A DNA stretch of 50,470 nt from positions 1 through 50,470 of the IMG/VR virus record IMGVR_UViG_3300025083_000060; one strand, written 5' to 3'. This document shows positions 1 to 10,142 of this stretch, one piece after another (the stretch's first letter is position 1; every line of letters starts with the position of its first letter). Position numbers and translations under genes: made by a program. A model generated the notes under the pieces. The model ran no database searches. It worked only from the letters and a program-made list of their open reading frames with translations, and had not been told where the DNA came from. Origin of the DNA: a virus (lineage: Duplodnaviria; Caudoviricetes).

Positions 1-4
1 CATA

Positions 5-472
5 ATGATAGAAGTATTAGCTTTAGCAGGTGCAGTTACTAAAATAGCTGGTGCAGTTAGTTCTGCAGTTAAAGCTGGTGGTGATGTAGCAGACTTACTG
101 CCTCACTTTGGTAAGTTAGCTAAGTTAGAAGCTGACATAGGTTTAGCTGAACAAGGTAGACACAAAGGTCCTCTAGGTAGACTTACATCATCTGAAGAAG
201 AAGGCTTTGCAATTGCACAAGCCAAGATGAAACACAAAGAAGCACAGAACGAACTACGTGAAGTGTGTAGATTGTATGGACCGCCGGGCATGTGGGATCT
301 TGTTGTAAAAGAACAAGCAGCAGCTAGGGTCAGACAAAAAGAAGCACTAGAGGCCCAAGCAAAAGCAAGAGATAAATTGTTTTGGGGTATATCATTAACA
401 GTAGGTGTGCTATTATTCTTAGGTGGTACAGGTGCAATGATCTGGGGTCTTAACGAAGTAGTAAATGGTTAG
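5..472 (+). CDS. hypothetical protein with C-terminal transmembrane helix
   Basis: 155-aa ORF; coiled-coil-like middle; hydrophobic C-terminus LFWGISLTVGVLLFLGGTGAMIWGL. Confidence 0.7.
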   Translation: MIEVLALAGAVTKIAGAVSSAVKAGGDVADLLPHFGKLAKLEADIGLAEQGRHKGPLGRLTSSEEEGFAIAQAKMKHKEAQNELREVCRLYGPPGMWDLVVKEQAAARVRQKEALEAQAKARDKLFWGISLTVGVLLFLGGTGAMIWGLNEVVNG

Positions 473-506
473 TTATAAAAAGAAGACATGCAAGAAAGTT
501 TAAAAC

Positions 507-3221
507 ATGAGAAATAGTTTGTATAATCCTTTTATGCCATCCTTAAGTGTTAAGGATCTAATGGTTTATAATATGAGTTCTGGAGGTGTTGACCCAAGGT
601 TTCAACCCAAGCTACCTTTTGCTGAATTTAAAGAAGAAGAAGAAGATGTACAAAAGTCATCTCAAGATGAAGGTACTTCTGCCCCTACAGGCTTTGCTAA
701 GGGTGGTATGCCTAAAGCACCGGGTGTAGCTCCTACTCCTGTACAAAACCCCGGTGATTTCACTGAAAAAGATCCGGGGAAATGGGGGCATTCTCAGAAC
801 TGGATATCAGGAGGTAGAGAACGTGGAGAAATTAAGAACAAAAAAACAGGAGCTAAAAAGTTTACAGCGTACTTTAAAAAGGGTGACAAGAAAAGTATAG
901 CTAAAGCTGCTAAAGAGTTAATGGGTCCTTTAAATAAAGCTTACACTGAATACACAAAGAAAAAAGCAGCCCACACAAAAAAAGTTAATGCATTTAAAAC
1001 TTATCAAAAAGCACAAAAAGCTTATGATAAAAAAGCATCAGCCTATCAACAAGCTAATGTAAAAGGTCAGCAGGAGCTTGTACAATCTGCTTTAACTGAT
1101 CCCGGATCTTTAGCTGAAAAAGCAAAAGTAGATACTATTAGCGCTAAGACTAAAGGCACTACCATTGCTGCAGGTGTAGGAGATGCTGCAGGTAAAACCC
1201 CTCAGATGGGAGTTACTACAGCGGGCACTGCTGCTCAAGCAGGAGGTGTTGGTAAAGTAAAAGCAGAAACAGTAAGTGCAGACAAAGTAGCAGGTGATAC
1301 CCAAAAACTAATTAAGGATACAGGTGTAACAGGCGAAGTATCTGATGAATCTCAGATAGATGCTGCACAAGGTGAACTATCTAAAGATGCTATGGCTGAT
1401 GCAGCCACTATGGACCCTGAATATGTTCAAGAGGTTACTGCAGGAGAGCGTCAAGTTTCTTCAGAAGAGTTGGCTTCTGCTCAAGGGTTAGATGAAAAAG
1501 CAGTAAAGAGTCAGATAGCTCAAGCTAATGTTCCTGATAATATTAAAGCTGCTCAGACTTCTGTACAACCAGAAGAGATTCCACAACCAGCACAAATACA
1601 AGAGTCTGAAATGGCTGCTGCTGAAGCTATGACTATGGACGGTCTTAGTGACGATGCTACAGCAGTTGCAGCTAAACTTGAATCTTTTAACGTAGACGAT
1701 GGTACACTAGCAGAGTTTAAAGAAGGTAAGATTGAAGCGCAAGATACTGTACAAGGTCAGCTTGCAGGTCTTATGAAGCAGTTTGATGATGGCACACCAG
1801 CATGGGCTGCAGGTGCTATGCGGGCTGCTAACTCTGCAATGGCGGCTCGTGGTCTAGGCTCTTCGTCTATGGCAGGTGCTGCTGTTCTTCAAGCAGCTAT
1901 GGAATCAGCTTTGCCTATTGCATCTAAAGATGCTGATGCTTTCCGTAGCATGAAGATGGACAACCTTAATAGACAACAGCAAATTTCATTAGCTAATGCG
2001 GCTGCACAGCAAGGCGTAGAGCTTGCAAACTTTAATGCTGAACAACAAACCGCATTACAAAACTCTCAGAATGCTTTCTCACTGCAGTCACAGAACTTGT
2101 CTAACATGCAACAGACTGTTCTAGCTAACGCACAAATCAAAGCATCTTTGCAAGGACAGAACTTATCTAACCAACAACAATCTAACATGGCTGAAGCTGC
2201 TCGTTATGCAGAGGTTAATAATCTTAACCTTAATAACCGTCAGCAAGCTGTCTTACAAGATAATGCTAATGAGATGCAAGTCAACTTAGCTAACATGAAC
2301 TCTAAGCAACAAGCTTACTTAGCTAATGCGCAGCTAGAGGCTGCACTACAAGGTAAGAAGATTGACAACAAACAGCAGACAGCTATGGCTAATGCTGCAC
2401 GATTTGCTGATGCTGCTAATCTTACATTCACTGCGGCAGAGCAAGCTAAGATCCATAACTCAGAGCTTATGAAAACAGTAGGACTTGCAGAGCTTAGCTC
2501 AGAACAAGCGGCTACATTACAGAATGCTGCAGCCGTGGCTTCTATGGATATGGCTAACTTAAGTAATGAGCAGCAAGCTAAAGTTCAGAATGCTAAAGCT
2601 TTCCTTGATATGGATATGGCTAACTTAAACAATGAACAACAGGCTGTTATGTTTAAGCGGCAAGCTATGCAGCAATCTCTGTTGTCAGATCAGGCTGCTG
2701 AAAATGCTGAGCGTCAGTTTAATGCGTCATCTAAAAATCAAACTAAACAGTTTATGGCAACTACTAAGGCACAGATTAATCAGTTTAATGTGGCGCAAAA
2801 TAATGCTATGAAGCAGTTTAACGCAGGAGAGAAGAACGCTGCTGCAAAGTTTAATGCAGAAATAAAGAATCAGAGAGCACAATTCAACGCCTCTAATAGA
2901 TTAGTTGTAGCACAAGCTAATGCTCAGTGGAGACAGAATGTAGCAACTCTTAATAGTGCTGCAAAGAATGAAGCTAATAGACAGCACGTCATGACAGCTA
3001 ATGCTATGACTCAATCGACTATGGATCAGATATGGCAACGAGAGCGAGACGTTATGTCTATGGCATGGAAGTCTCATGAAAGTAATAAAGATAGAGCTAA
3101 CGCAATTATCATGGCTCAGATGAGTGCTGACGCTCAAGCAGCCGCCCTTAAAGCGCAAGAACGTGCCGCTAATAGTAGATCAATAGGTAACTTTTTTGGT
3201 GGACTTATCTTCAGCGGTTAA
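507..3221 (+). CDS. putative internal virion (ejection) protein, Q/N/A-rich coiled coil
   Basis: 904 aa with long low-complexity A/Q/N helical repeats (ANLNNEQQA-like); sits with other large virion-type genes at the end of the late arm. Confidence 0.6.
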   Translation: MRNSLYNPFMPSLSVKDLMVYNMSSGGVDPRFQPKLPFAEFKEEEEDVQKSSQDEGTSAPTGFAKGGMPKAPGVAPTPVQNPGDFTEKDPGKWGHSQNWISGGRERGEIKNKKTGAKKFTAYFKKGDKKSIAKAAKELMGPLNKAYTEYTKKKAAHTKKVNAFKTYQKAQKAYDKKASAYQQANVKGQQELVQSALTDPGSLAEKAKVDTISAKTKGTTIAAGVGDAAGKTPQMGVTTAGTAAQAGGVGKVKAETVSADKVAGDTQKLIKDTGVTGEVSDESQIDAAQGELSKDAMADAATMDPEYVQEVTAGERQVSSEELASAQGLDEKAVKSQIAQANVPDNIKAAQTSVQPEEIPQPAQIQESEMAAAEAMTMDGLSDDATAVAAKLESFNVDDGTLAEFKEGKIEAQDTVQGQLAGLMKQFDDGTPAWAAGAMRAANSAMAARGLGSSSMAGAAVLQAAMESALPIASKDADAFRSMKMDNLNRQQQISLANAAAQQGVELANFNAEQQTALQNSQNAFSLQSQNLSNMQQTVLANAQIKASLQGQNLSNQQQSNMAEAARYAEVNNLNLNNRQQAVLQDNANEMQVNLANMNSKQQAYLANAQLEAALQGKKIDNKQQTAMANAARFADAANLTFTAAEQAKIHNSELMKTVGLAELSSEQAATLQNAAAVASMDMANLSNEQQAKVQNAKAFLDMDMANLNNEQQAVMFKRQAMQQSLLSDQAAENAERQFNASSKNQTKQFMATTKAQINQFNVAQNNAMKQFNAGEKNAAAKFNAEIKNQRAQFNASNRLVVAQANAQWRQNVATLNSAAKNEANRQHVMTANAMTQSTMDQIWQRERDVMSMAWKSHESNKDRANAIIMAQMSADAQAAALKAQERAANSRSIGNFFGGLIFSG

Positions 3222-3242
3222 GTATAATAAAGGTATAACATA

Positions 3243-4190
3243 ATGTCAAAAGAAACTAGAAAATCTTTAATGAGCCTTCGTCAATCTATGGCTTTACTGG
3301 GTGCAGCAGGAGGTGCGCAAGCTGGTATAGGTGCGTCTATTGCGGCTCAGATAGAACAAGATAAACAGGGTGGCTTTATGTCTGGTACAGAAAGATCTAG
3401 AAAAGCTAGAGCAGATATAGAAAGTATAGATACTAAACCTATAGAAACCTCAGAAGGCTTAACTAGAAGCAAGGATGATGAGCCTCTTAAATTAAAGGAT
3501 TCAATAAAAGATGCAATCAGTGGTTGGTTTTCTGTGCAGAATGATCCTGAGATACAAGCAGAGATAGATAAAGCTGCTCCTAAAAAGGAAGACACAACAT
3601 CCTACAAAGGCCCTTCTCAAAACAAAGCCACTAATCCTGACCCCGTAGTGGCTAAGGAGAAGCCTCTTGTAAAAGCTCCTGCTCCTCAGAAACCTAAAGG
3701 AGACATGCCTGAGCCTCTTGTTCTGAGTGCAGAAGATGCGGAGCTACTGGAGACTGTTGTATGGGCTGAAGCTGAAGGCGAAGGTATTGAAGGACGTAAT
3801 GCAGTACGTGGTGTTATCCTTAATCGCATTGCATCTGGTGAATTTCCTGATACATTAGAGGGTGTGTTGAAGCAGAAAAATCAGTTTGAACCCGTAGGTA
3901 AGGCTAAAGGAAATATAAGAAACGTCACACTTGCAGGTAAGACTATAGATCCTAAACTTTTAGATCAACGTAAGTTTGAATTAGATAGCTATCTTAGAGA
4001 GGGTGTGGATGCTTCTCAAGGAAGTACCTTCTTTCTTAATAAAGAAGTAAGTGAAAAACGTGGTACAGATTTTTATGGAGCTAATCCTATTACCATAGGA
4101 CAGCATACATTCTATTCTAGCTACAAGAAAAATGCACCTGTGGTTGTGCCTTACTACTCCCATAATGTTGTTATAGAAGGTTTACAATAA
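3243..4190 (+). CDS. virion-associated protein with C-terminal SleB/Hydrolase_2 cell wall hydrolase domain
   Basis: AEAEGEGIEGRNAVRGVILNR...FPDTLEGVLKQKNQFEPV...IGQHTFY matches the SleB-type lytic transglycosylase pattern. Confidence 0.85.
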   Translation: MSKETRKSLMSLRQSMALLGAAGGAQAGIGASIAAQIEQDKQGGFMSGTERSRKARADIESIDTKPIETSEGLTRSKDDEPLKLKDSIKDAISGWFSVQNDPEIQAEIDKAAPKKEDTTSYKGPSQNKATNPDPVVAKEKPLVKAPAPQKPKGDMPEPLVLSAEDAELLETVVWAEAEGEGIEGRNAVRGVILNRIASGEFPDTLEGVLKQKNQFEPVGKAKGNIRNVTLAGKTIDPKLLDQRKFELDSYLREGVDASQGSTFFLNKEVSEKRGTDFYGANPITIGQHTFYSSYKKNAPVVVPYYSHNVVIEGLQ

Positions 4191-4774
4191 TGTTTGAAGC
4201 ACCCATCCCCGGACAGTCGCTGACGGATGAACCCGGAAACTTTGACTGGGAGCAACCCCCTACAATTACAGATCCAGATCCCGCTATTGTATACCACTTA
4301 GATAGATTATACACAGAGGAAGTGGCAGAGAGTGCTCTGTTTATGTTGGAGTTTGGATTTTCTGTAGAGTTGTTGGTAGATAGTATTCTTACGGGTGCTG
4401 TTGGTCAAGGTATGCACAGTATTGATATGAGCTTGACTATTGCACCAATCATTCACGAAGAGATTACTTGGATGGCAAAGACTGCAGGAATAGATTTTGT
4501 GGAGTTCTTTAGTGGCGACGATGAAAAGAAGCAAAAAGAAGAAGACAAGCTGGAAGCTCTTATTAAGAAAAGTTTGGAAGACCAACTGTCAGAGGAAGAA
4601 GACGAGATAGATGAAAGCTTTGTTGAAGAAACAGCGGAAGCTTTCGGTACTCCTCAAAGAGAGAAGCTGACTGAGATGCGAGAAGAGCAGCCGCAACAAC
4701 CCCAAGAACCAGAAGTAAAACCTGATGCAGCGCCTAAAGCTAGTGGTCAAGGACTTATGAGTAGAGGAGCTTAA
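4190..4774 (+). CDS. hypothetical phage protein (virion module)
   Basis: 194 aa; translationally coupled (TAATG); acidic; N-terminal FEAPIPGQSLT. Confidence 0.7.
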   Translation: MFEAPIPGQSLTDEPGNFDWEQPPTITDPDPAIVYHLDRLYTEEVAESALFMLEFGFSVELLVDSILTGAVGQGMHSIDMSLTIAPIIHEEITWMAKTAGIDFVEFFSGDDEKKQKEEDKLEALIKKSLEDQLSEEEDEIDESFVEETAEAFGTPQREKLTEMREEQPQQPQEPEVKPDAAPKASGQGLMSRGA

Positions 4775-4777
4775 GCT

Positions 4778-6151
4778 ATGAGTTGGATGAATTTTATGGC
4801 GGGGGTTGCCGAAAAAGGCACTGAAATAATGGACGAAAGACGTAAGTACATTAGAGACAAGCGTCAAGCAAATCAAGATTGGCTAGATACTTATGGCAGA
4901 AAGATCGTAGCAGAAAGACAAGAAAGTATTAATAATGTTTTAAATATGTCTAACTACATTTTAGGTAGAGGCGTAGAGAAAAATTTTGTAAACTACTTGT
5001 ATGAAACTGGTGGCGTTCCCGCTATCAGTAGTACGTATAATGCTATTAAAGATGACACCTCAATAACAGGACAAGATATCCAGTCCTTCATAGGTGATAT
5101 TGGTACATACACTTCTCCAGAAACACCTCTGGGTGACAGAATTAAAGATAGCTTTAATAACTTTTCTAGAGCAGAGCGCCCTGAAGATCAAGAAGAAAAG
5201 AACTTTATGGCAAGTCTTGGTGGTGGCTTTGGACTTTTATTTGGGGATGAAACAGAAGCAGTTTCTAGAGATCTAGATGAAATGATGATTGGCGAGTATA
5301 CAGGTACTGAAGTTAAGGCTATGGCAGGGCTAACCTCAACACCAAAAGCACCGGGTCTTGTAGAGTTTAACTATAGTGCCTTACCTGCTTCTCAAGCAAG
5401 TGCTACAGAGAAGAAAGCAGTGGCGTCCGAAATAGAAAGTAACTTAAAGACTATAATAGAAGATAAGATTAAGGATCTTAGAATAGCTTCAGATACTGCG
5501 TCTCAACTGGAATTGCAGGATCTACTTGATATTGAAGATTATGCAGGTATCGCAAAAAAATATCCAGATCTGTTACAACCTGTGCTAAATGCTGCAAAAA
5601 GATTTGAAAAAAAGTATCCGGGATCTATGACAGATCCTACTTTTATAGATCAATCTTTTGTAGACTACTACATAACAGCGTCTGCACCTTTAACTTTAGA
5701 AGACAAGCATAAAAACATAAAAGATGCGGGGTATAACATACCACCCCTAGATACTCTACGAGAGTTCGACAGTGATGAGGCCGCTGCAGAAGAGTTGGGA
5801 CCTGATACATATTATCTTGTAGGGGATGAAATAAGAAGGACAGAGCCTGACGATAACGGTGACGATAACGGTGAAGATGACGGTGAAGACGGCGGTGAAG
5901 ACGGCGGTGACAATGAAGGAGACGATACAGGGGTAGACTTGACACAACCTACAGACCCCCGTCCTACAATGTCACAGCTTATCCTTAAGTTTAAAGAAGA
6001 GAACGACATAGCTTCTAGGCGGCGCTTAACTCCTGCGCAAAAGCGCCCATTACAAAAACAAATTGATGATTGGAATGCCACATATGGAGCTACCCATAAC
6101 CCCGTAACAGGCGAGCTTAAAAGAAAAACAAGGCAGAGAAGGCCCCGCTAA
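4778..6151 (+). CDS. putative internal virion protein
   Basis: 457-aa ORF with RBS between virion genes; function inferred from position. Confidence 0.55.
   Translation: MSWMNFMAGVAEKGTEIMDERRKYIRDKRQANQDWLDTYGRKIVAERQESINNVLNMSNYILGRGVEKNFVNYLYETGGVPAISSTYNAIKDDTSITGQDIQSFIGDIGTYTSPETPLGDRIKDSFNNFSRAERPEDQEEKNFMASLGGGFGLLFGDETEAVSRDLDEMMIGEYTGTEVKAMAGLTSTPKAPGLVEFNYSALPASQASATEKKAVASEIESNLKTIIEDKIKDLRIASDTASQLELQDLLDIEDYAGIAKKYPDLLQPVLNAAKRFEKKYPGSMTDPTFIDQSFVDYYITASAPLTLEDKHKNIKDAGYNIPPLDTLREFDSDEAAAEELGPDTYYLVGDEIRRTEPDDNGDDNGEDDGEDGGEDGGDNEGDDTGVDLTQPTDPRPTMSQLILKFKEENDIASRRRLTPAQKRPLQKQIDDWNATYGATHNPVTGELKRKTRQRRPR
5849..5920 (+). repeat. degenerate 12-bp tandem repeat encoding DDNG/EDGG acidic linker
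   Basis: gacgataacggt gacgataacggt gaagatgacggt gaagacggcggt gaagacggcggt gacaatgaagga. Confidence 0.85.
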
Positions 6152-9100
6152 ATGGCAATAACATATGAACAAATGATGGCCGCTGCCCGAAAAGATGAGG
6201 ACCGTCAAACAGAAGATGTGTTTGGTCCTGCAGATGCTTCTTCTGTAGGAGATCTTACTGAAGATCAAAACTTTAACATTGTTGAAAAGTATATGAACCA
6301 ACGCTTTGGTATGAGTGAGATGACTCATGACAGACAGAACATTGTTGATTCCTATGTCAATCATATGCGTAAGTTTAACTTCGGTCAGTCTGTTACCACA
6401 CTAGGTGAGATGACTTACCTGCACAACCCAGCTAAAGAAGAGGGTGAGATAAACTCTAGACGTGCTGCTGCTGCAGATGCTTATCAGTTATTTGATAACA
6501 TGAAGGGTGCCTTCTCTGATGAAACTACCTTCGGTCAAAAGGTAGATGCTGTAGGTGATTACGCTAGAGCTTTGATTATAGACCCTGCTAACCTTGCATC
6601 TTTGGGTGTAGGTAAACTAGCTGCACAAGCTGGTATGAAAGGTGTGACAGCCGCAGCCAAGAAAGCTGCTATGTCTTTCGCTAAGAAGCAGCTTAGAGAG
6701 AGAGGCATAAAGAAGCCTACTGAAAAACTATTACGGGAAGAAGCTTTCAAGCAAGAGCGTAAGATCCTAGCTCGTATGATGCAGTCTGAGGCTGGCAAGG
6801 AAGCAGCACAGAAGTCTGCCAAGATGGAGATAGGTGCAACAGCTTTATCAGATGCAGCCTTTGGGTTGAGTGTTGACTGGGCTTACCAAGAATCCTTTGA
6901 GAAGGCAGGACTTCAAACAGACTATGATGCGGTGCAAGGTAGTGTTGCATTTGCTGGGGGATTGTTTGGCGGTGGGATTGCATACGGTTTAAATCGTATA
7001 TCTAAAGGTGGTCCTGAATCCATAGGTGCTTCAGCTAAATTCTTTGCAGACGCTGCAGAAGCTAAAGCTAAAGCTGCTGACTTAGCAGGAGAAGAAGTAC
7101 GTAGACAGACTAAAGAAGCTACAGAAAATCTAAAGGCAGACCCTGAAGCTGTAGAATCCTTGTCAAGAGACTTGGCTGATACAAAAGCTAGATTAGGTGA
7201 CTGGTTTAATAAAGTCCAACGTGGGGATATGGCAAGGGCTGTACCACTAGAGCCGGGTTCACCCGGTACACCTCGTAGTGATATCATTTTAGATTTGTTT
7301 CTAAGGGGATCTCCTCAAGATGGCTTTGAGGGTGTGTCAACTATCCTAGCTAAGCGAGGTATCAAACAGCCTATAGGCCGTGAAGGTTTTGCTAATCACT
7401 TTGACTGGTTGTCTAGCACTGTGATGGAAATGCCTGACAGTGTTATAGATGACATACAAGGTATCTTTGATGAAACTCTAGGCAAATTCATACCAGACTT
7501 TAAAGGCAAGACCCTTGAGCAAGGCTTAGATGTTCTGTCTTCTGAGGTTAGTCAGAGTGCTAGATACTTAAATATTTTATCTAAGACTAGTCGGGCTATA
7601 GGTTATGAGCCTGAGACAGACGAACCCTTGCAAAGACTTATTGGCGCAGCTAAGGCAGAGCTAGATTCAAAGCAAGCTGAGATGTCTGCTAAAGAAATGA
7701 TTGCTGAAGGTATGACACCCTTTGCTGCACGTAAAGCGGCTGTCTCTAAAGGCGCTGCCAAGTTTCAAAACAACTTCATTCGTACTTTGGTTACGCATCC
7801 GGGCACAACTATGCTCAACTTGATTGGTTGGACACAGGCATCTGCATTACAAAGTATAACTGATACTACTCGTGGTGTACTATACGGTCCTGCATCCTTT
7901 GCATATTCTGTGATGGGCAGGAAAGCTGACGCTGTACAAGCTCGTAACAAAGGCATACAGTTACTCAAGCTGCAGAAGCAGAAGATATCTAACATCCTAG
8001 ATCCTAACGCCACGTTCAACGAAGCAATGGACTTCTTTGCTCACAACCCTAAAGCGCAGAAAGAAATGTTTCGCTTTATGGCGGGTGAAATTGAGATGGA
8101 AGACACGCTCAAACAGTTGAACATTAAAATAGATGACATGGATAAGCCCGGCGTCCCTGAGAAAGTAATGGACTTCTTCCAAACAGTCTATGGTGTTAAG
8201 GCGCAAGACTTCTTAACTAAGACGCAAGAGTTTATGTACAACATAGATAAACAGGTACGTCTTAAATACAACATGTCTTACTCTGAGTTCATTGCAGATG
8301 CAGATCTATACAAGAAGATGGATGGAGAAGAGTATGCAGAAGTAACAGCTACTGCTGTGTCTGATACCTTACGCACTGTATTTTCTAAATCATATAAACC
8401 TAAGTCAGAAGACATTGATAAAAGTGCATTGGGCTATGTAGCTGCTGCTATCGAAGATGCACGTAGAGTTCCTGTTGTTGGTGCACTTGTACCTTTCGGT
8501 AAGTTCTTTAACAACACTGTCGTACACATGGCAGATTACACAGGCATAAGCTTTATGCATAAATATTTAGGCAAGTCTGAGAGAGATCCTTATGAGCTTG
8601 CTATCAAAGGTGCAGTAGGACTAGGTTTAATAGGGGCTTGGGGAGCTTACGACTATAAGAATATGGAAGAAGGTCTTGCTTGGAATGAAGATCGTATGAG
8701 TGACGGCACTATACGAGATCGTAAGTATGACTTCCCTTTCAGCTTCTATAAGGCTATGGGTCGTATGGCAGCGCATCAATACAGAGATGGTTATGTACCG
8801 AAAGAACTAGTCGCAGATATTACTGCCACTTTTGGTATTGAATCAATCACAAGACAATTAGGTGAAGTCAGTAAAGCACCCTATCAACTTCTACTAGATC
8901 TCTCTGCAGGTGATATAGATGCAGTTAAGTCTAATGCAAGTTCTGCTGTAGGTGGTGCAGTATCTATGTACATATCAGGATATACACGTCCCTTAGATCC
9001 TATCAATCAAGTAGCCGCTATCTCTCGTGGAGAAGATTATATAGCAGTAGATCGTAATGATGGTAGCAAGTGGCTAAACAATTCAGTGCGCTACGTAGAT

Positions 9101-9697
9101 CAAATGTTTGATGCTATGGATCTGTCCGTACAAGAAATGGTAGGGCAGAAAGCACCCCAAGAAAAGAATAGAGCTTTATCTGATACTCCGGGTAGAGCAC
9201 CTATAGGAAGACTGTTTGGTTTTAGGGAGAAAGATGCACCTTCCACTATCAATAGAATGTTTAATGAGATAGGTTTACCTGAGTGGAAGTCTAACATCAA
9301 AGCTGACATTGCTGTAGCTGATAATAGAATGAATGAAATAATTGTAAACTATTTAGATTACTATTCTGAAAATGTCGTAAACTCTGCTAAGTGGCGGGAT
9401 GGTACAGATGAAGAGCGTAGATATTTAGTTAGTCGTGTTCTGTCTGTATCCAAAAAGCAAGCAATGAAAACTCTACAGCTTCACGGTAGGACAGGGGATC
9501 GTCGCATGGAAATCATGTACGACATCAGTAAGCGAGGCGGCTCTATCAGTAAGAGAGAACTAGCTGATGGTATGGAAGCTTTGGGTATGAAAGGAGAAGT
9601 AGAAGATCTTTCTAACGAGGCACTAGAACTCTTATACTTCTATCTCAAGGATGAGAACAACAGAAAGAAACTACTTCAAACACAAAGTAACCTATAA
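6152..9697 (+). CDS. large putative internal virion (ejection) protein
   Basis: 1181 aa, last gene of late arm; size and position analogous to podovirus internal core proteins. Confidence 0.6.
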   Translation: MAITYEQMMAAARKDEDRQTEDVFGPADASSVGDLTEDQNFNIVEKYMNQRFGMSEMTHDRQNIVDSYVNHMRKFNFGQSVTTLGEMTYLHNPAKEEGEINSRRAAAADAYQLFDNMKGAFSDETTFGQKVDAVGDYARALIIDPANLASLGVGKLAAQAGMKGVTAAAKKAAMSFAKKQLRERGIKKPTEKLLREEAFKQERKILARMMQSEAGKEAAQKSAKMEIGATALSDAAFGLSVDWAYQESFEKAGLQTDYDAVQGSVAFAGGLFGGGIAYGLNRISKGGPESIGASAKFFADAAEAKAKAADLAGEEVRRQTKEATENLKADPEAVESLSRDLADTKARLGDWFNKVQRGDMARAVPLEPGSPGTPRSDIILDLFLRGSPQDGFEGVSTILAKRGIKQPIGREGFANHFDWLSSTVMEMPDSVIDDIQGIFDETLGKFIPDFKGKTLEQGLDVLSSEVSQSARYLNILSKTSRAIGYEPETDEPLQRLIGAAKAELDSKQAEMSAKEMIAEGMTPFAARKAAVSKGAAKFQNNFIRTLVTHPGTTMLNLIGWTQASALQSITDTTRGVLYGPASFAYSVMGRKADAVQARNKGIQLLKLQKQKISNILDPNATFNEAMDFFAHNPKAQKEMFRFMAGEIEMEDTLKQLNIKIDDMDKPGVPEKVMDFFQTVYGVKAQDFLTKTQEFMYNIDKQVRLKYNMSYSEFIADADLYKKMDGEEYAEVTATAVSDTLRTVFSKSYKPKSEDIDKSALGYVAAAIEDARRVPVVGALVPFGKFFNNTVVHMADYTGISFMHKYLGKSERDPYELAIKGAVGLGLIGAWGAYDYKNMEEGLAWNEDRMSDGTIRDRKYDFPFSFYKAMGRMAAHQYRDGYVPKELVADITATFGIESITRQLGEVSKAPYQLLLDLSAGDIDAVKSNASSAVGGAVSMYISGYTRPLDPINQVAAISRGEDYIAVDRNDGSKWLNNSVRYVDQMFDAMDLSVQEMVGQKAPQEKNRALSDTPGRAPIGRLFGFREKDAPSTINRMFNEIGLPEWKSNIKADIAVADNRMNEIIVNYLDYYSENVVNSAKWRDGTDEERRYLVSRVLSVSKKQAMKTLQLHGRTGDRRMEIMYDISKRGGSISKRELADGMEALGMKGEVEDLSNEALELLYFYLKDENNRKKLLQTQSNL

Positions 9698-9700
9698 GAC

Positions 9701-9735
9701 AAAAAAAGAGGGGGCAACTAAGCCCCCTTTTATTA
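9701..9735. terminator. bidirectional rho-independent terminator between converging arms
   Basis: A-tract, agggggc-aactaa-gccccct stem-loop, T-tract; lies between convergent stop codons at 9697 and 9733. Confidence 0.9.
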
Positions 9736-9972
9736 TTTTAAACCTGTTGTTTCTGCAGCATACTTACTTATCATAGCCACATCTTCTACTCTTTCTAATG
9801 CTCGTTCTTTTACTTTAGATTCTTGCAAGTTAAATTGTATGTGGTTTCGTACAGGCTCTAGAAGTCGTAAGATTTCCTCATTAAATCTTCTTTGTCGAGC
9901 TTCTGTATGTCTCTTTGCTTCTTCCTCAATACGACTTATCAATGTTACGTACTCTCTGGTAGCTGTAGACAA
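9733..9972 (-). CDS. hypothetical protein
   Basis: 79-aa ORF, last in replication arm; start uncertain. Confidence 0.65.
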   Translation of the reverse strand: MSTATREYVTLISRIEEEAKRHTEARQRRFNEEILRLLEPVRNHIQFNLQESKVKERALERVEDVAMISKYAAETTGLK

Positions 9973-10133
9973 TAGACATTAGCATATGAATTTACTGAAG
10001 GTCTAGTGTCAATTAGCTTTTTATATACAAGAGCAGAAACTCTTTCGCAGTGTTCTGATGTTTCAAACAGCTTCTCTATTGCTTGTACTTTTACTTCACC
10101 TAAATGAAACAGAACTATAAGTAGTGCATACAT
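9945..10133 (-). CDS. hypothetical protein
   Basis: 62 aa; AGGAG RBS; hydrophobic N-terminus and two Cys. Confidence 0.65.
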   Translation of the reverse strand: MYALLIVLFHLGEVKVQAIEKLFETSEHCERVSALVYKKLIDTRPSVNSYANVYCLQLPEST

Positions 10134-10142
10134 TTTTATCTC